DNA of 64,000 bases from Acidobacteriota bacterium (GCA_963664705.1 OY761556.1:3552001-3616000); one strand, 5' to 3'. Positions 9,176 through 19,466 are shown, counted from the first letter of the stretch. Notes: generated from the letters alone by a model not told the origin. Numbers and translations: made by a program.

Positions 9176-11050
9176 CTAATAGCTCAAGCCATAGCCATAC
9201 GGGAAGAGCGGGTCATATTTCGTTTTAGGAACATGGATATTGAGTGGCAATTGTTCCATGGACTTTGGCCAGGTAAACGATAGCTTTCCAGTCGGCTTGT
9301 AATCACCGAACAGCACATCCGTAATACCCTGCCCTTCCGTTCCGGGAAGAAAGGCTGCGACGAATGCATCTGCTCGAGGCAGCGCGTCCTTGATGATCAT
9401 CGGTCGGCCGGAAATGAGAACCACAACAACCGGGATACCCGCCTTCTTTGCATTCTCGATGGCCTTCACGTCGTCGGCATCCAGCGCTAGATCGGACCGG
9501 TCTCCAACGCCCTCGGCATAGGGGCGTTCGCCCACCACCACCACTGCCAGAGAAGCACCCTTCGCCCCGGTTCCATCAGCGGAAAAAGTGATCTTGGTTC
9601 GGTTTGAAACCGCAGATTTGATCGCCTGCAGCACCGTTGTCCCTCCGGGCGTCACGGCGCCGCTTTTCCCCTGCCAGAGCACGGTCCACCCGCCACACTG
9701 ATTCCCGATATCATCCGCATTTTTTCCCGCAACGTGGATTCGGGCGACTGTCTTGGAAATCGGCAGTGTTTTTTGATCGTTTTTCAGCAAAACCAGCGAT
9801 TTTCGCACCGCTTCTCTAGCTACTGCGCGGTGCTCGGCCGATCCGAAGTTTTTGTGGAGTTTCCGGTCTGCCATTGGAGACCGGCTCTTGTCCATCAGCC
9901 CCATTGCGAATTTGACACGCAGAATTCGAGCAACGGCATCATCGATTCTCGACATCGGAATCTTGCCTTCCCCGACAAGCGTCTTCAGGTTGTTGAAGAA
10001 ATCCCGATATTCTGTCGGCACCATCGCCATATCCATCCCGGCGTTGATCGATATCGCAATCGCTCCCTTCGGATCTTTGGGATTGATCTGGTTGATCGCG
10101 TTATAGTCCGAAATAAGAAACCCTTCGAATCCCAATTCTTCCTTCAGGATTTCAGTCAAAAGTCGCTTGCTGGCGGAACAGCGAACTCCATTCCATGTGC
10201 TATAAGAAGGCATGATGGTGCCAACTCCCGACCGGATCGCGCGGATATAACCGGGCAAATGGATGCGGCGCAATGTAGCTTCGTCGGCCTTTGTATCGCC
10301 TTGATCCAGCCACAATTCCGGTTTTGCATTCGAAGGCATGCCCGGACGCGGTGCGTTGCTGGCGGACGTTCCGCCGTCGCCGATAAAGTGCTTCGCGCAT
10401 GCCAGGATCGAGAGCGGATCGCTCAAATCGGTTCCCTGCAGGCCGCGAACGGCGGCTTCACCCAATTCCTGCACGACATTGGGGTCTTCAGAAAATCCCT
10501 CGTAGGTTCTGCCCCAGCGGATATCCTGTGGAGCGGCTACACAGGGGCTGAAGGTCCACTGTATCCCGGTAGCTCTCACTTCCTCCGCGGTGATACGCCC
10601 GATTTTCTCGACCAGAGCTTTATCGCGCGTGCAACCGAGCGCGATATTGTGAGGAAATAGCACGGCGCCTTGAACATTGCTATGTCCGTGTACGGCATCG
10701 ATCCCATACAAGATCGGAATTGCCAGTCTTGTTTTCAGCGCCTCGTTTTGGGCTTTATCGTACAGGTCTGTCCAGGCCTTCAGCGTGTTGCCTTCGGCAG
10801 GATCGGAATCGCCCCCGCTGAGAACCGATCCGATGAAGTACTTTTGCATATCGCCGGGATTCTTTAAAACCGGTCCCTGCTCCGGTTGAGTCATCTGGCC
10901 GATCTTTTCTTCCAGAGTCATTTTCGAAAGCAGTTCTTTTACCTGAGGATCAAAGGAAGACAATCGTTTTGAAACCGGCGGGACCGAACCCACCTGAACG
11001 CCTACTAGTAGAAGAATGCTGATCGCAGCTGCAGGAACATATGATTTCAT
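9176..11050 (-). CDS. Glycoside hydrolase family 3 beta-glucosidase / beta-glucan exohydrolase, secreted
   Basis: [36 protein letters not shown], nucleophile motif [13 protein letters not shown]; N-terminal signal peptide. Confidence 0.93.
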   Translation of the reverse strand: MKSYVPAAAISILLLVGVQVGSVPPVSKRLSSFDPQVKELLSKMTLEEKIGQMTQPEQGPVLKNPGDMQKYFIGSVLSGGDSDPAEGNTLKAWTDLYDKAQNEALKTRLAIPILYGIDAVHGHSNVQGAVLFPHNIALGCTRDKALVEKIGRITAEEVRATGIQWTFSPCVAAPQDIRWGRTYEGFSEDPNVVQELGEAAVRGLQGTDLSDPLSILACAKHFIGDGGTSASNAPRPGMPSNAKPELWLDQGDTKADEATLRRIHLPGYIRAIRSGVGTIMPSYSTWNGVRCSASKRLLTEILKEELGFEGFLISDYNAINQINPKDPKGAIAISINAGMDMAMVPTEYRDFFNNLKTLVGEGKIPMSRIDDAVARILRVKFAMGLMDKSRSPMADRKLHKNFGSAEHRAVAREAVRKSLVLLKNDQKTLPISKTVARIHVAGKNADDIGNQCGGWTVLWQGKSGAVTPGGTTVLQAIKSAVSNRTKITFSADGTGAKGASLAVVVVGERPYAEGVGDRSDLALDADDVKAIENAKKAGIPVVVVLISGRPMIIKDALPRADAFVAAFLPGTEGQGITDVLFGDYKPTGKLSFTWPKSMEQLPLNIHVPKTKYDPLFPYGYGLSY

Positions 11051-11075
11051 ATTGTGATTCCCCTTGAAATTTACG

Positions 11076-11136
11076 ATTTGCAATTTACGGTTGACGATTG
11101 AATGAGCTTTTCAATCGCCAACCGCACATTGCAAAT
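11076..11136. repeat. Long imperfect inverted repeat with ACGATT sub-repeats
   Basis: ATTTGCAAT/ATTGCAAAT outer arms and CGGTTGACGATTGAA/TTCAATCGCCAACCG inner arms, between two co-directional genes. Confidence 0.7.
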
Positions 11137-11140
11137 TATC

Positions 11141-11860
11141 CTACTCACATATGCCGGCGAGAGCTTCGTAGTTGGAATGCAGTTCGTTAACGGCGGCCTT
11201 GATTTTCTGTTCTGAATTTGTCTGGAGCGCTGCTTCGAGCCCATCCACCGACGCAGACAGCTTCTTTCTTGCCGCCTGGAATTCCGGATCTTTTTGCTTA
11301 AACCGTTCCGGGATCTTCGCGGTGTTCAGCGCAACCATCTTCTGCTTCATCTCCGCCGCGGATGCACGGATCTTCTGAACGTCGTAGGCCGGCAGATAGT
11401 GATGGAACAGCATGTAGAGAGAAGCATGGAAATCGTCCAGTTCTTTCATAGCCGGTCGTGTCACTCGCATCAACGCTTCGAATTGGCTGTGGAGCTTTTC
11501 GGCGACAGACAGCAACCTGGCATCATCTTTAGCGGTAGCCGCCGATTTGTAATCCGCTCCTATTGCCTGCAGTTTTTTTACGCCTTCATCCCAGGCAGCC
11601 TTTTTCTCTCTCAGGATCCCGGGAAGCTTGGCGGCAGCAACATCCGCAATTCCCTTCTCTACCCCTGGTGCCAGTTGCTGAAGCAGCGCCGTATCCTTTT
11701 TCGGCCATGCCTCATGCCAGATTTTGGCAATCACTTCGTGGAACGCATGCAACGCCGGCACATCGGCCACAGCATCCGCCGGCTTTTCCTGTGCAAAACC
11801 GGAGAGACCGGATATGCTGAATGTGAACATCAAAGCTGCGGCGATCATCAGTTTGCGCAT
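11141..11860 (-). CDS. Secreted alpha-helical His-rich hypothetical protein with two-fold internal repeat
   Basis: Signal peptide. Repeats LHAFHEVIAKIWH..EKLHSQFEAL and LDDFHASLYMLFHH..NELHSNYEAL. GAGGAG RBS. Confidence 0.8.
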   Translation of the reverse strand: MRKLMIAAALMFTFSISGLSGFAQEKPADAVADVPALHAFHEVIAKIWHEAWPKKDTALLQQLAPGVEKGIADVAAAKLPGILREKKAAWDEGVKKLQAIGADYKSAATAKDDARLLSVAEKLHSQFEALMRVTRPAMKELDDFHASLYMLFHHYLPAYDVQKIRASAAEMKQKMVALNTAKIPERFKQKDPEFQAARKKLSASVDGLEAALQTNSEQKIKAAVNELHSNYEALAGICE

Positions 11861-11937
11861 GAATTACTCCTCTCATGGAATGGGAATCGTCGGCGATCGA
11901 CCATTTGCTGAAGGCCGGCCGACAACAACGATGACTG

Positions 11938-12786
11938 TTATTTTATCTCCAGGGTGTCCGGCATTTTTCCAAAGCCATAGTACTGATGCTTGAGCCCCTT
12001 GGATGTAATATTGCCAAGCCGGATTCCGGACCCGTCGCCATCAAAGGACATACCCACAGGCCCCACGGCCGTTATCTCTATGTCTCCATCCCGCACGGTT
12101 ACGTTTTTGTGCAAATGCCCGGCAAATACATAGTGCACACCGGCTTTGTGCATCAAATCCAACACCAGCTTCCGCCGCTCCATGGGAAAGTTGCCGTACT
12201 GATCCTGCTCGTTTACGTTATCGAGAAAAATCGGGTGATGTTCAAAGACAATAATGTTGGCGGCTCCGGACGCTTTTGCGGCCTCCAGCTCTTTTTTGAA
12301 CCACGCAATATGTTCCTGATACTCGGTCTCGGCCTTTTGTGGATCAATGATGAGCGCTGAATTCAGCACGATGCCATAGATGGGACCCGCCCGGAAAGAG
12401 TAATAGTCGCGCCCAAAGTTCTTACGATATGCCGCAAGGCTTTCGCCGCTAGGCTGACGGCCGAGGTCATGATTCCCCGCCACATAATAGACCGGGATGG
12501 AGGAATCGATCTTTGCTGAAATGCGCAGAAACTCTCGTATTTCATCCGGATCTCCCGTTTTGTTCGTCATATCGCCAAGCACAATAACAAATCCGGGTTT
12601 TAGCCGATTGACATTGGCCACGGCGAATTCGTAATTCGCGGTTTCGCGAACAAATTCCTTGTCTGCGGCATACATCCCAAATTGCGGATCCGTCAGCATA
12701 AGAAAGGAAAAGGGCGGTTCCTGTCCAAACCCCGAAATCGCGACTAGAAGAAAAAGAGAAAAGAGAAAAGCCACTCTATATTTCAT
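11938..12786 (-). CDS. Secreted calcineurin-like metallophosphoesterase (CPPED1-like)
   Basis: TDPQFG, GDM, GNHD, HHP and GHLH motifs; signal peptide. Confidence 0.9.
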   Translation of the reverse strand: MKYRVAFLFSLFLLVAISGFGQEPPFSFLMLTDPQFGMYAADKEFVRETANYEFAVANVNRLKPGFVIVLGDMTNKTGDPDEIREFLRISAKIDSSIPVYYVAGNHDLGRQPSGESLAAYRKNFGRDYYSFRAGPIYGIVLNSALIIDPQKAETEYQEHIAWFKKELEAAKASGAANIIVFEHHPIFLDNVNEQDQYGNFPMERRKLVLDLMHKAGVHYVFAGHLHKNVTVRDGDIEITAVGPVGMSFDGDGSGIRLGNITSKGLKHQYYGFGKMPDTLEIK

Positions 12787-13064
12787 ACAACCTCCCTATC
12801 AGTCGTCAGTAGGCCTGATTGTATAAGATGGGAGCGAAAAAAAATAAGTATATTCAGGGAGGGGATTCCGGATTTTGTTCAATCGGAATCCCTTTGGACA
12901 AATCCAAAGCTCTCAGTCCATTGGCCGCCGGCCTGAATTAACTGCTGGGCAGGATACTTCCCGTCTTTGCCGGGATTGATCGCACCAGCGTCACTGCAAT
13001 TCTTTCCCAGGACGATCTGCGATACACTTCCAATTGGCATTGGATCTTTGGAGGCAGGCCTGAG

Positions 13065-13649
13065 ATGAATGCATTTTTTCTTACTCTTCTACTTTGGTCC
13101 CAGGTTGTCGGCCCGCCCGGCATCGCGGACCCGCCATACCCGGCCGACGCCTTTCGCGGAGGCACATTAGTCGCGCTTGTCGAGTTCCATCCCGAGTCGG
13201 AAAACCGGATATCGCTGCTTCATTCCGAGGCGCCATTTGAAAAGCCCGTTCGGGAAGCGTTAAGCCAATGGCAATTCCATTCGGGCTCTACGAGCAAAAG
13301 CGCCATCATCGTGTTCAATTTTCGGGACTTTATCGTTCCGATGAGCCGGAGTATCGCATGCTCCCAACCTGATTGGTCATTGCCCGTGCCTAATTTTGTT
13401 GTGGACCCCATCTACCCGGAAACAACCCTTCGATTTGCAGGCGCCGTTACCGCGCGACTGGGCATCTCAGTACAGGGAAAAGTTCAGGCGGTCGAGATAA
13501 TGAAAGGGATCGATGAATTCAACCAGTCGGTCACGGATGCCTTGCTGCAATGGAAATTCAAACCGGCGTTGAACAAACTGGGGAAACCGATCGATTCTGA
13601 AGCGTATGCGGTCTGCATCTATCGTCCGCTACAAACACGGCAGGACTGA
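13065..13649 (+). CDS. Protein with tandem TonB C-terminal-like domains
   Basis: PPYP...EALSQWQF and PIYP...GKVQAVEIMKG...ALLQWKFKPA; N-terminal hydrophobic segment. Confidence 0.7.
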   Translation: MNAFFLTLLLWSQVVGPPGIADPPYPADAFRGGTLVALVEFHPESENRISLLHSEAPFEKPVREALSQWQFHSGSTSKSAIIVFNFRDFIVPMSRSIACSQPDWSLPVPNFVVDPIYPETTLRFAGAVTARLGISVQGKVQAVEIMKGIDEFNQSVTDALLQWKFKPALNKLGKPIDSEAYAVCIYRPLQTRQD

Positions 13650-13676
13650 TTTTTTACAGCGACAGGAGAACCGGAA

Positions 13677-14015
13677 TTGAAAGATATAGACTGGACTACT
13701 GATTTCAAGGGAGCGATCACGATCTGCGATCTTCAGGGAACCGTGATCGATATGAATGAACGGGCGGTAGAGGCGTACCGAAAGGATGGCGGCAGGGATC
13801 TGATTGGAAAGAGCCTTTTTGATTGCCATTCGGAGCCCTCGCGCAACCGGCTCCGGCAGCTGCTGGAAACCGGGGAATCGAATATTTATACGATCGAAAA
13901 AAAAGGAATCAAAAAGCTCGTTTACCAGGCGCCATGGCTCCAGAGCGGACAACGAATGGGCATGGTGGAATTGGTCCTGGAAATCCCCATGAACCCTCCA
14001 CACTTTCTGAGATGA
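13677..14015 (+). CDS. Stand-alone PAS domain protein
   Basis: AITICDLQGTVIDMNERA...LIGKSLFDCH; TTG start after AGGAG. Confidence 0.82.
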   Translation: MKDIDWTTDFKGAITICDLQGTVIDMNERAVEAYRKDGGRDLIGKSLFDCHSEPSRNRLRQLLETGESNIYTIEKKGIKKLVYQAPWLQSGQRMGMVELVLEIPMNPPHFLR

Positions 14016-14132
14016 AAACGGGCTCTGCGGAAACCACCGCCATCGATTCGGCACATTCCTGTTTCTTCCGTGTTTTCCGTGGCCCCGCTATCCTGTATCC
14101 TGTACGCGTTACGAAATTGGAGGTGAAGTTTC

Positions 14133-15797
14133 ATGGCTGAAGCCGTCAGTTCAAATTTCATCAGTGAAGCGGTACGTGCCGACCTGGCCGCAGGACGATT
14201 CTCCCGGGTGATCACACGTTTCCCCCCGGAGCCCAATGGATATTTGCACATCGGCCATGCCAAAGCGATCTGCATCGATTTCGGGATCGCGCAGGAATTC
14301 GGAGGGATCTGCAACCTGCGCTTTGACGATACGAATCCGACCAAAGAGGATCAGGAGTACATTGATGCCATTCAGGATGGCGTACGTTGGCTTGGATTTG
14401 ACTGGGGCAGCCGCCTTTGCTATGCCTCTGACTATTTCGAGCAGATGTATCGGTGGGCGATACAACTGATCAAGGCCGGAAATGCCTATGTCGATGATCA
14501 GAGTGCGGAGGAGATCCGGATCCATCGCGGCACCCTGACGGAACCGGGAATACCCAGTCCGTATCGCGATCGCAGCGCAGACGAAAATCTTGATTTGTTC
14601 GAAAGAATGCAGGCGGGAGAATTCCCGGACGGCTCCCGGGTGCTGCGCGCAAAAATCGACATGGCGTCCCCGAATCTGAACATGCGCGATCCGGTCATGT
14701 ACCGAATTCTGAATGCACCGCATCATCGTACCGGGGATCGCTGGAAGATCTACCCCATGTATGATTGGGCCCACGGCCTCGAAGATTCGATCGAGGAAAT
14801 CAGCCACTCTCTCTGTTCGCTCGAGTTCGAAGATCATCGACCGCTGTATGACTGGTTTCTCGAACAGCTCGGCATACATCATCCGCGCCAGATCGAATTC
14901 GCCCGGCTTGCCATCAACTATACGGTGATGAGCAAACGGAAACTGCTGCAACTGGTGGAAAAGAAACTGGTGACCGGATGGGATGACCCCAGGCTTGCAA
15001 CACTGGCCGGTCTGAGGCGACGGGGCTATACGCCGGAATCGATCCGGGAATTCTGCGATCGGATCGGCGTGGCGAAGGCAAACAGCACGGTTGATTTTGC
15101 CTTGCTCGAGCATTGCCTGCGCGAGGACCTGAATAAGCGTGCTGCACGCACAATGGCCGTTCTAAGACCGCTCAAGGTTGTATTGACCAATTATCCCGAA
15201 GGGCAGATCGAGGAGCTCGATGCGGACATCAACCCCGAAGATCCGGCCGCAGGCAAACGGAAGATACCCTTCAGCCGGGAACTCTGGATCGAACAGGATG
15301 ACTTTCGCGAGGACCCGCCCCGCAAGTTCTTCAGGCTGGCGCCCGGTCGTGAAGTGAGGCTCAAATACGCCTATTACATCACTTGCACGGAAGTTATCAA
15401 GGATCCTGCCACTGGCTCCATTGTTGAACTGCGATGCACCTATGATCCGGAAACAAGGGGCGGATGGTCCAAGGACGGCCGTAAAGTGAAAGGAACGTCT
15501 CACTGGATATCCGCGCCACATTCGGCCGCCGCGGAATTCCGCCTGTATGATCGCCTCTTCACCGCTGAGAATCCCGATGAGGGCGATGGCTTCCTGACCA
15601 AGCTGAATCCCAACTCGCTGGAAATCCTGGAGGGATTCATGGAGGCCGGAATGGCGGGAACCTCTGCGGGTAGCCGATACCAGTTTGAAAGGCAGGGATA
15701 CTTTTGCGTGGATCCCGGTTCCAGACCGGACCGGATGATTTTCAACCGAAGCGTTTCCCTCAAGGATTCGTGGTCCAAGCAGATGAACGCGGAATAG
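14133..15797 (+). CDS. glnS: Glutamine--tRNA ligase
   Basis: [54 protein letters not shown]. Confidence 0.97.
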   Translation: MAEAVSSNFISEAVRADLAAGRFSRVITRFPPEPNGYLHIGHAKAICIDFGIAQEFGGICNLRFDDTNPTKEDQEYIDAIQDGVRWLGFDWGSRLCYASDYFEQMYRWAIQLIKAGNAYVDDQSAEEIRIHRGTLTEPGIPSPYRDRSADENLDLFERMQAGEFPDGSRVLRAKIDMASPNLNMRDPVMYRILNAPHHRTGDRWKIYPMYDWAHGLEDSIEEISHSLCSLEFEDHRPLYDWFLEQLGIHHPRQIEFARLAINYTVMSKRKLLQLVEKKLVTGWDDPRLATLAGLRRRGYTPESIREFCDRIGVAKANSTVDFALLEHCLREDLNKRAARTMAVLRPLKVVLTNYPEGQIEELDADINPEDPAAGKRKIPFSRELWIEQDDFREDPPRKFFRLAPGREVRLKYAYYITCTEVIKDPATGSIVELRCTYDPETRGGWSKDGRKVKGTSHWISAPHSAAAEFRLYDRLFTAENPDEGDGFLTKLNPNSLEILEGFMEAGMAGTSAGSRYQFERQGYFCVDPGSRPDRMIFNRSVSLKDSWSKQMNAE

Positions 15798-15836
15798 ACG
15801 GGGCCCCAACAACCCGGGGCCTCCGCATCTTCGTGG

Positions 15837-16496
15837 CTACCGGGATTTTTTTACTCCAATCCGGGCACAATGCTCAGCCACCGGACACTTGCTGCACCAC
15901 GGGGATACCGGAACACACAGGTTCTGCCCAAAGGTCACCAGGATATCGTTATAGGTCTTCCAGTGTCGTTTGGGCAGTTTTTCTCTCAGGGCAAATTCGG
16001 TTTCATCCGGCGTTTTGGTTCCCACATATCCCCAGATATTGGAAATCCGGTGTACATGGGTGTCGACGCAAATGCCGTAATCACCGAAGCCAATCGTCAG
16101 TACCAGGTTTGCAGTCTTCCGGCCGACACCCGGAAGCTCAAGCAAGGCATCCATGGAACGAGGCACGGCCCCTCCATAATCCCGCAATAGGATCTTGCAT
16201 GTTTCAATAATGCTCCCGGCCTTCGTATGATAAAATCCCACGGGATAAATCAGCTTTTCGATTTCCTGCTTCGATAATTTCAGGATGCTTTCGGGGTTTG
16301 GCGCCCTGGCAAGAAGCTTTCGAGACGCCTCTTCGGTAACCTTATCCTTGGTGCGCAGCGAAAGTATCGTGCTGATCAGTGTTTCAAAAGGACGATCCGC
16401 GGCCTGCTCGGCGACCAATCCCACGGCGGGCACTTTCCATTCACGTATTTTCCGCCTCAGGATGCGAAGAACGATATTGATGGTTGCTGTATCCAT
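15837..16496 (-). CDS. nth: Endonuclease III (HhH-GPD DNA glycosylase/AP lyase, 4Fe-4S)
   Basis: LPGVGRKTAN, VDTHVHR, C-terminal CVPVSPWCSKCPVAEHC. Start taken at MDTATIN. Confidence 0.92.
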   Translation of the reverse strand: MDTATINIVLRILRRKIREWKVPAVGLVAEQAADRPFETLISTILSLRTKDKVTEEASRKLLARAPNPESILKLSKQEIEKLIYPVGFYHTKAGSIIETCKILLRDYGGAVPRSMDALLELPGVGRKTANLVLTIGFGDYGICVDTHVHRISNIWGYVGTKTPDETEFALREKLPKRHWKTYNDILVTFGQNLCVPVSPWCSKCPVAEHCARIGVKKSR

Positions 16497-16622
16497 TTTG
16501 CCTCTCTGGAACGAGACACCGAGTTTACATCGATGTCTTCCAGTCTCAAAGCCTCGCAATGCCTTCCTGTTTGGTTTAATATAAGGCCTATCTATATCCA
16601 CACGATGCAGGAGGGCTGAAAA

Positions 16623-17375
16623 ATGAAACCAGGGCTGAAAGAGCAGTTCATCGAACGCTGGAAGAAATATTTCGCCGATGCCGAACTCCCGATTGTCTTC
16701 AACTACACAGATGAGCCGGGAGAAACCCATTTGGTTAGGTTCTCTGAGGAGGGAATGCATTGTTTTATCGGAAACCTGGCGGCGGTCCGGCAGGGCCAGT
16801 CCCTGTGTTTTGACACAAAATCGGTCGCCTGTTTTGGAGGCAAGCGCTATCTGGGGTTTACGCAGAACCTGATGCCGGGCTTTGAATATTTTCTCTCGTG
16901 CGGCATTCCCGGCAAAGTGGAGGGCGAACGATACAAGAAGTCGCCGGAACTCGTAACCGAACTGATGAAAGTGCTTCCTATGTTCAAGGCTCCGGCATCC
17001 AACGTCGTATTTAAACGCTGGGACGCTATTGAAGAGGCGGACGACCCACAGGTCGTGGTCTTTTTCGCACAACCCGATGTCTTGTCCGGACTCTTCACTC
17101 TTGCCAATTACGACGAACCGACTAACGAAAGCGTTTTTTGCCCAATGGGAGCAGGGTGTGCCACGATCGTTCAGTATCCCCTGGTGGAATATCGTTCAGA
17201 TCATCCACGCGCTGTATTGGGTATGTTTGATGTCTCCGCAAGACCTGGAGTGGATCCAAACGCTCTGACGTTTGCGGTGCCGATGCAGAAGTTTGAGCGG
17301 ATGGTGGAGAATATGGATGAGAGTTTCCTGATTACGGAGTCCTGGCGGAAGGTGCAAAGCCGGATGGGCAAATAG
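16623..17375 (+). CDS. DUF169 (COG2043) family protein
   Basis: CFGGKRYLGF, FLSCGIPGKVEGERYKKSPE, PDVLSGLFTLANYD, GAGC, GMFDVSARP. Confidence 0.8.
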   Translation: MKPGLKEQFIERWKKYFADAELPIVFNYTDEPGETHLVRFSEEGMHCFIGNLAAVRQGQSLCFDTKSVACFGGKRYLGFTQNLMPGFEYFLSCGIPGKVEGERYKKSPELVTELMKVLPMFKAPASNVVFKRWDAIEEADDPQVVVFFAQPDVLSGLFTLANYDEPTNESVFCPMGAGCATIVQYPLVEYRSDHPRAVLGMFDVSARPGVDPNALTFAVPMQKFERMVENMDESFLITESWRKVQSRMGK

Positions 17376-17396
17376 GGCTCGATTCCCGTCATTCAT

Positions 17397-17439
17397 GGAA
17401 TTCGTGCCAGACCAGCAGCCTGGAGTTGGCACGAATTCC
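17397..17439. terminator. Inverted repeat between convergent genes (possible bidirectional terminator)
   Basis: Perfect 13-bp arms GGAATTCGTGCCA / TGGCACGAATTCC. Confidence 0.6.
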
Positions 17440-17464
17440 GAAAACGGCACAAAAAAAGCGCCTG

Positions 17465-17896
17465 CTATTTGGCAGCCCGCATCGATGGTTCAGGCAGTCG
17501 CGATGAAGCTTTGATTTCGGCAGGAGGAACCGTCGGGCCGCTCCAGGTCATGAAACCTCCTGCGTCGTAGACATTTGTATATCCCGAAGCCTCCAAAAAG
17601 GCTGCAGCCCTCGCGGAGCGGTTGCCGCTGCGGCAATACACCACGATGGCAGTATCCTTGGGAACTTTATCCTTGATGTCTTTGAACTGATCCGGCCACA
17701 CGATGTTGTACGGCTTGCACGCCGCGCTTCCAATAGCGGTGCTGATCTCGCTGACGCCGCGCACATCTATCAAAACAAAATCAAAGGGCGCCTGGTTTTT
17801 TTCCAGGTAGCTTTTCAGCGTATCCTGGCTCATCGGCTTCACTGCAGATTGGAACATTCCCGAAACCAGGGCAACCAAGAGAAAAATAACTTGCAT
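17465..17896 (-). CDS. Secreted rhodanese-like domain protein
   Basis: LIDVR, active loop YCRSGNRS, AGGFMTW; N-terminal signal-like segment. Confidence 0.88.
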   Translation of the reverse strand: MQVIFLLVALVSGMFQSAVKPMSQDTLKSYLEKNQAPFDFVLIDVRGVSEISTAIGSAACKPYNIVWPDQFKDIKDKVPKDTAIVVYCRSGNRSARAAAFLEASGYTNVYDAGGFMTWSGPTVPPAEIKASSRLPEPSMRAAK

Positions 17897-18003
17897 AGGG
17901 GTCCTTGTGAAAAATCAATTTGTCAAACAACCTGTTTTTTCGGCTAGTATAACTGAAAGCCTCACCGGCACAAATCTGAAGCTCGAAACTTTCTTTTGTG
18001 TTT

Positions 18004-18019
18004 CTTGACTTGAATCAAG
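18004..18019. promoter_or_regulatory. Crp/Fnr-family (FNR/DNR/HcpR-like) binding site
   Basis: cTTGAC-ttga-ATCAAg, one mismatch to TTGAT-N4-ATCAA, about 85 bp upstream of the 4Fe-4S gene. Confidence 0.55.
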
Positions 18020-18101
18020 GATCTTTTTCTCGAGGCATCGCAATATATCGTCGTACTGATTGGAACGGTGAACGGCAACAAACAGGGAAAGCGAGATAGC
18101 A

Positions 18102-18959
18102 ATGAGACGGAATATAATTACGATCGACCAGGAAAAATGTAATGGCTGCGGCATGTGCGCGAGCTCATGCCCGGAAGGTGCCTTACAGGTTATTGATGGC
18201 AAAGCGCGACTGGTGGGAGACCTGCTTTGCGACGGGCTGGGAGCCTGTCTGAGCTCATGTCCTGAAGATGCCATCAAAATCGAAAACCGTGAGGCAGAAC
18301 CGTATAACGAGCTCGTGGTCATTAAGAACATCATTCGCCAGGGCCCCAATGTTCTCCTGGCTCACCTCGAGCACCTGAAAAGCCATCGCCAGCTTACCTA
18401 CCTGGATCAAGCCCTCTCCTATCTTCGCGAAAACAAGATCCCCGTGGATCTTCCGTCTGAATTTGCAGAACAACAAGTGCAGGCAGCTGCGCCGAGACAA
18501 TGCCCGGGATCCATGAATCGCTCCTTTGCGGTTTCACCGGAGCCTCTCGACAATCAGAAAACTCCATCGCAACTCTCACACTGGCCCGTTCAGCTCCATC
18601 TGCTATCGCCCCAGGCCCCGCAATACCGGGATTCGGACCTGCTGGTTGCCGCCGACTGCGTGCCTTTTGCCTTCGCCGATTTCCATCGAGACTACCTGAA
18701 AGGACGAACGCTCGCGATTGCCTGCCCCAAGCTCGATTCCAGGCAGGAGGTATACACGGAAAAGCTGGTGGCGATGATTGACCAGGCCGAGGTTCGATCC
18801 ATTCGCATCATGATCATGCAGGTTCCCTGCTGCTCGGGATTGCTGCGACATGTGGTGGACGCGGCCGGCCGGGCAAAGAGAAAAGTGCCTATCAGTTGCG
18901 TGATCGTAGGTATCAGCGGCGAAATATTGAGCGATACGCCCATCGATATCAATCAATAG
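18102..18959 (+). CDS. 4Fe-4S dicluster ferredoxin-domain protein (hcp-associated FrdX-like)
   Basis: CNGCGMCASSCP and CDGLGACLSSCP, then CPGS, WPVQL, AADC, ACPKLD, VPCC. Confidence 0.88.
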   Translation: MRRNIITIDQEKCNGCGMCASSCPEGALQVIDGKARLVGDLLCDGLGACLSSCPEDAIKIENREAEPYNELVVIKNIIRQGPNVLLAHLEHLKSHRQLTYLDQALSYLRENKIPVDLPSEFAEQQVQAAAPRQCPGSMNRSFAVSPEPLDNQKTPSQLSHWPVQLHLLSPQAPQYRDSDLLVAADCVPFAFADFHRDYLKGRTLAIACPKLDSRQEVYTEKLVAMIDQAEVRSIRIMIMQVPCCSGLLRHVVDAAGRAKRKVPISCVIVGISGEILSDTPIDINQ

Positions 18960-19004
18960 ATCGGGAGACGAAAGACCGGAGTCAGTGGCCAGGATGAATT
19001 CTGG

Positions 19005-19262
19005 CTACTGGCTGCTGTGTTGCAGGAGTTTCTGCAGTCTGGCGCCTGTAAACTGTCCGGCGAAAAAGGCGCCGATCAGGACGGGGAACGTAATCAGGTG
19101 CCAGCCCAGGCCCAAAAGTATCCGACAAGCCACGACAAGCGGAACTGGCGCATGGATCGCAAGGATCCACTGCACGGAAAACCGGCGCACTCGGGATCTC
19201 CAATACCCAAATGGCAGATTCAAGAGAAAAACAAGAATGGATGCGACCCAGAGCATTTTCAC
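19005..19262 (-). CDS. Small conserved hypothetical membrane protein
   Basis: NLPFGYWR...FSVQWILAIHAPVP...GQF; hydrophobic. Confidence 0.72.
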   Translation of the reverse strand: MKMLWVASILVFLLNLPFGYWRSRVRRFSVQWILAIHAPVPLVVACRILLGLGWHLITFPVLIGAFFAGQFTGARLQKLLQHSSQ

Positions 19263-19374
19263 TATATCGTTCCCCGTATCAAGATAACCTTTCCTTTTCG
19301 ATTATTCCACCTCCCTTTGTCATGACCTGTTAATGCGGTCGGGAACGCCCTGTGGCCCCGGCTGATTCCACAGC

Positions 19375-19403
19375 TTGACATCGGGGACAGCGCATCGGAG
19401 AAT
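19375..19403 (+). promoter_or_regulatory. Putative sigma70 promoter of the PPIase gene
   Basis: TTGACA-N17-GAGAAT. Confidence 0.5.
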
Positions 19404-19466
19404 TTCACCTGCTTCAGGATGCCGCGGGAAAACCTTGCGGCAATTCCGGAATGGGAGAACCCCGAT

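Noticed and set aside
16497-17072. N-terminal extension of nth (411-aa ORF)
   Set aside because: It overlaps the DUF169 gene on the other strand; endonuclease III similarity starts at MDTATIN.
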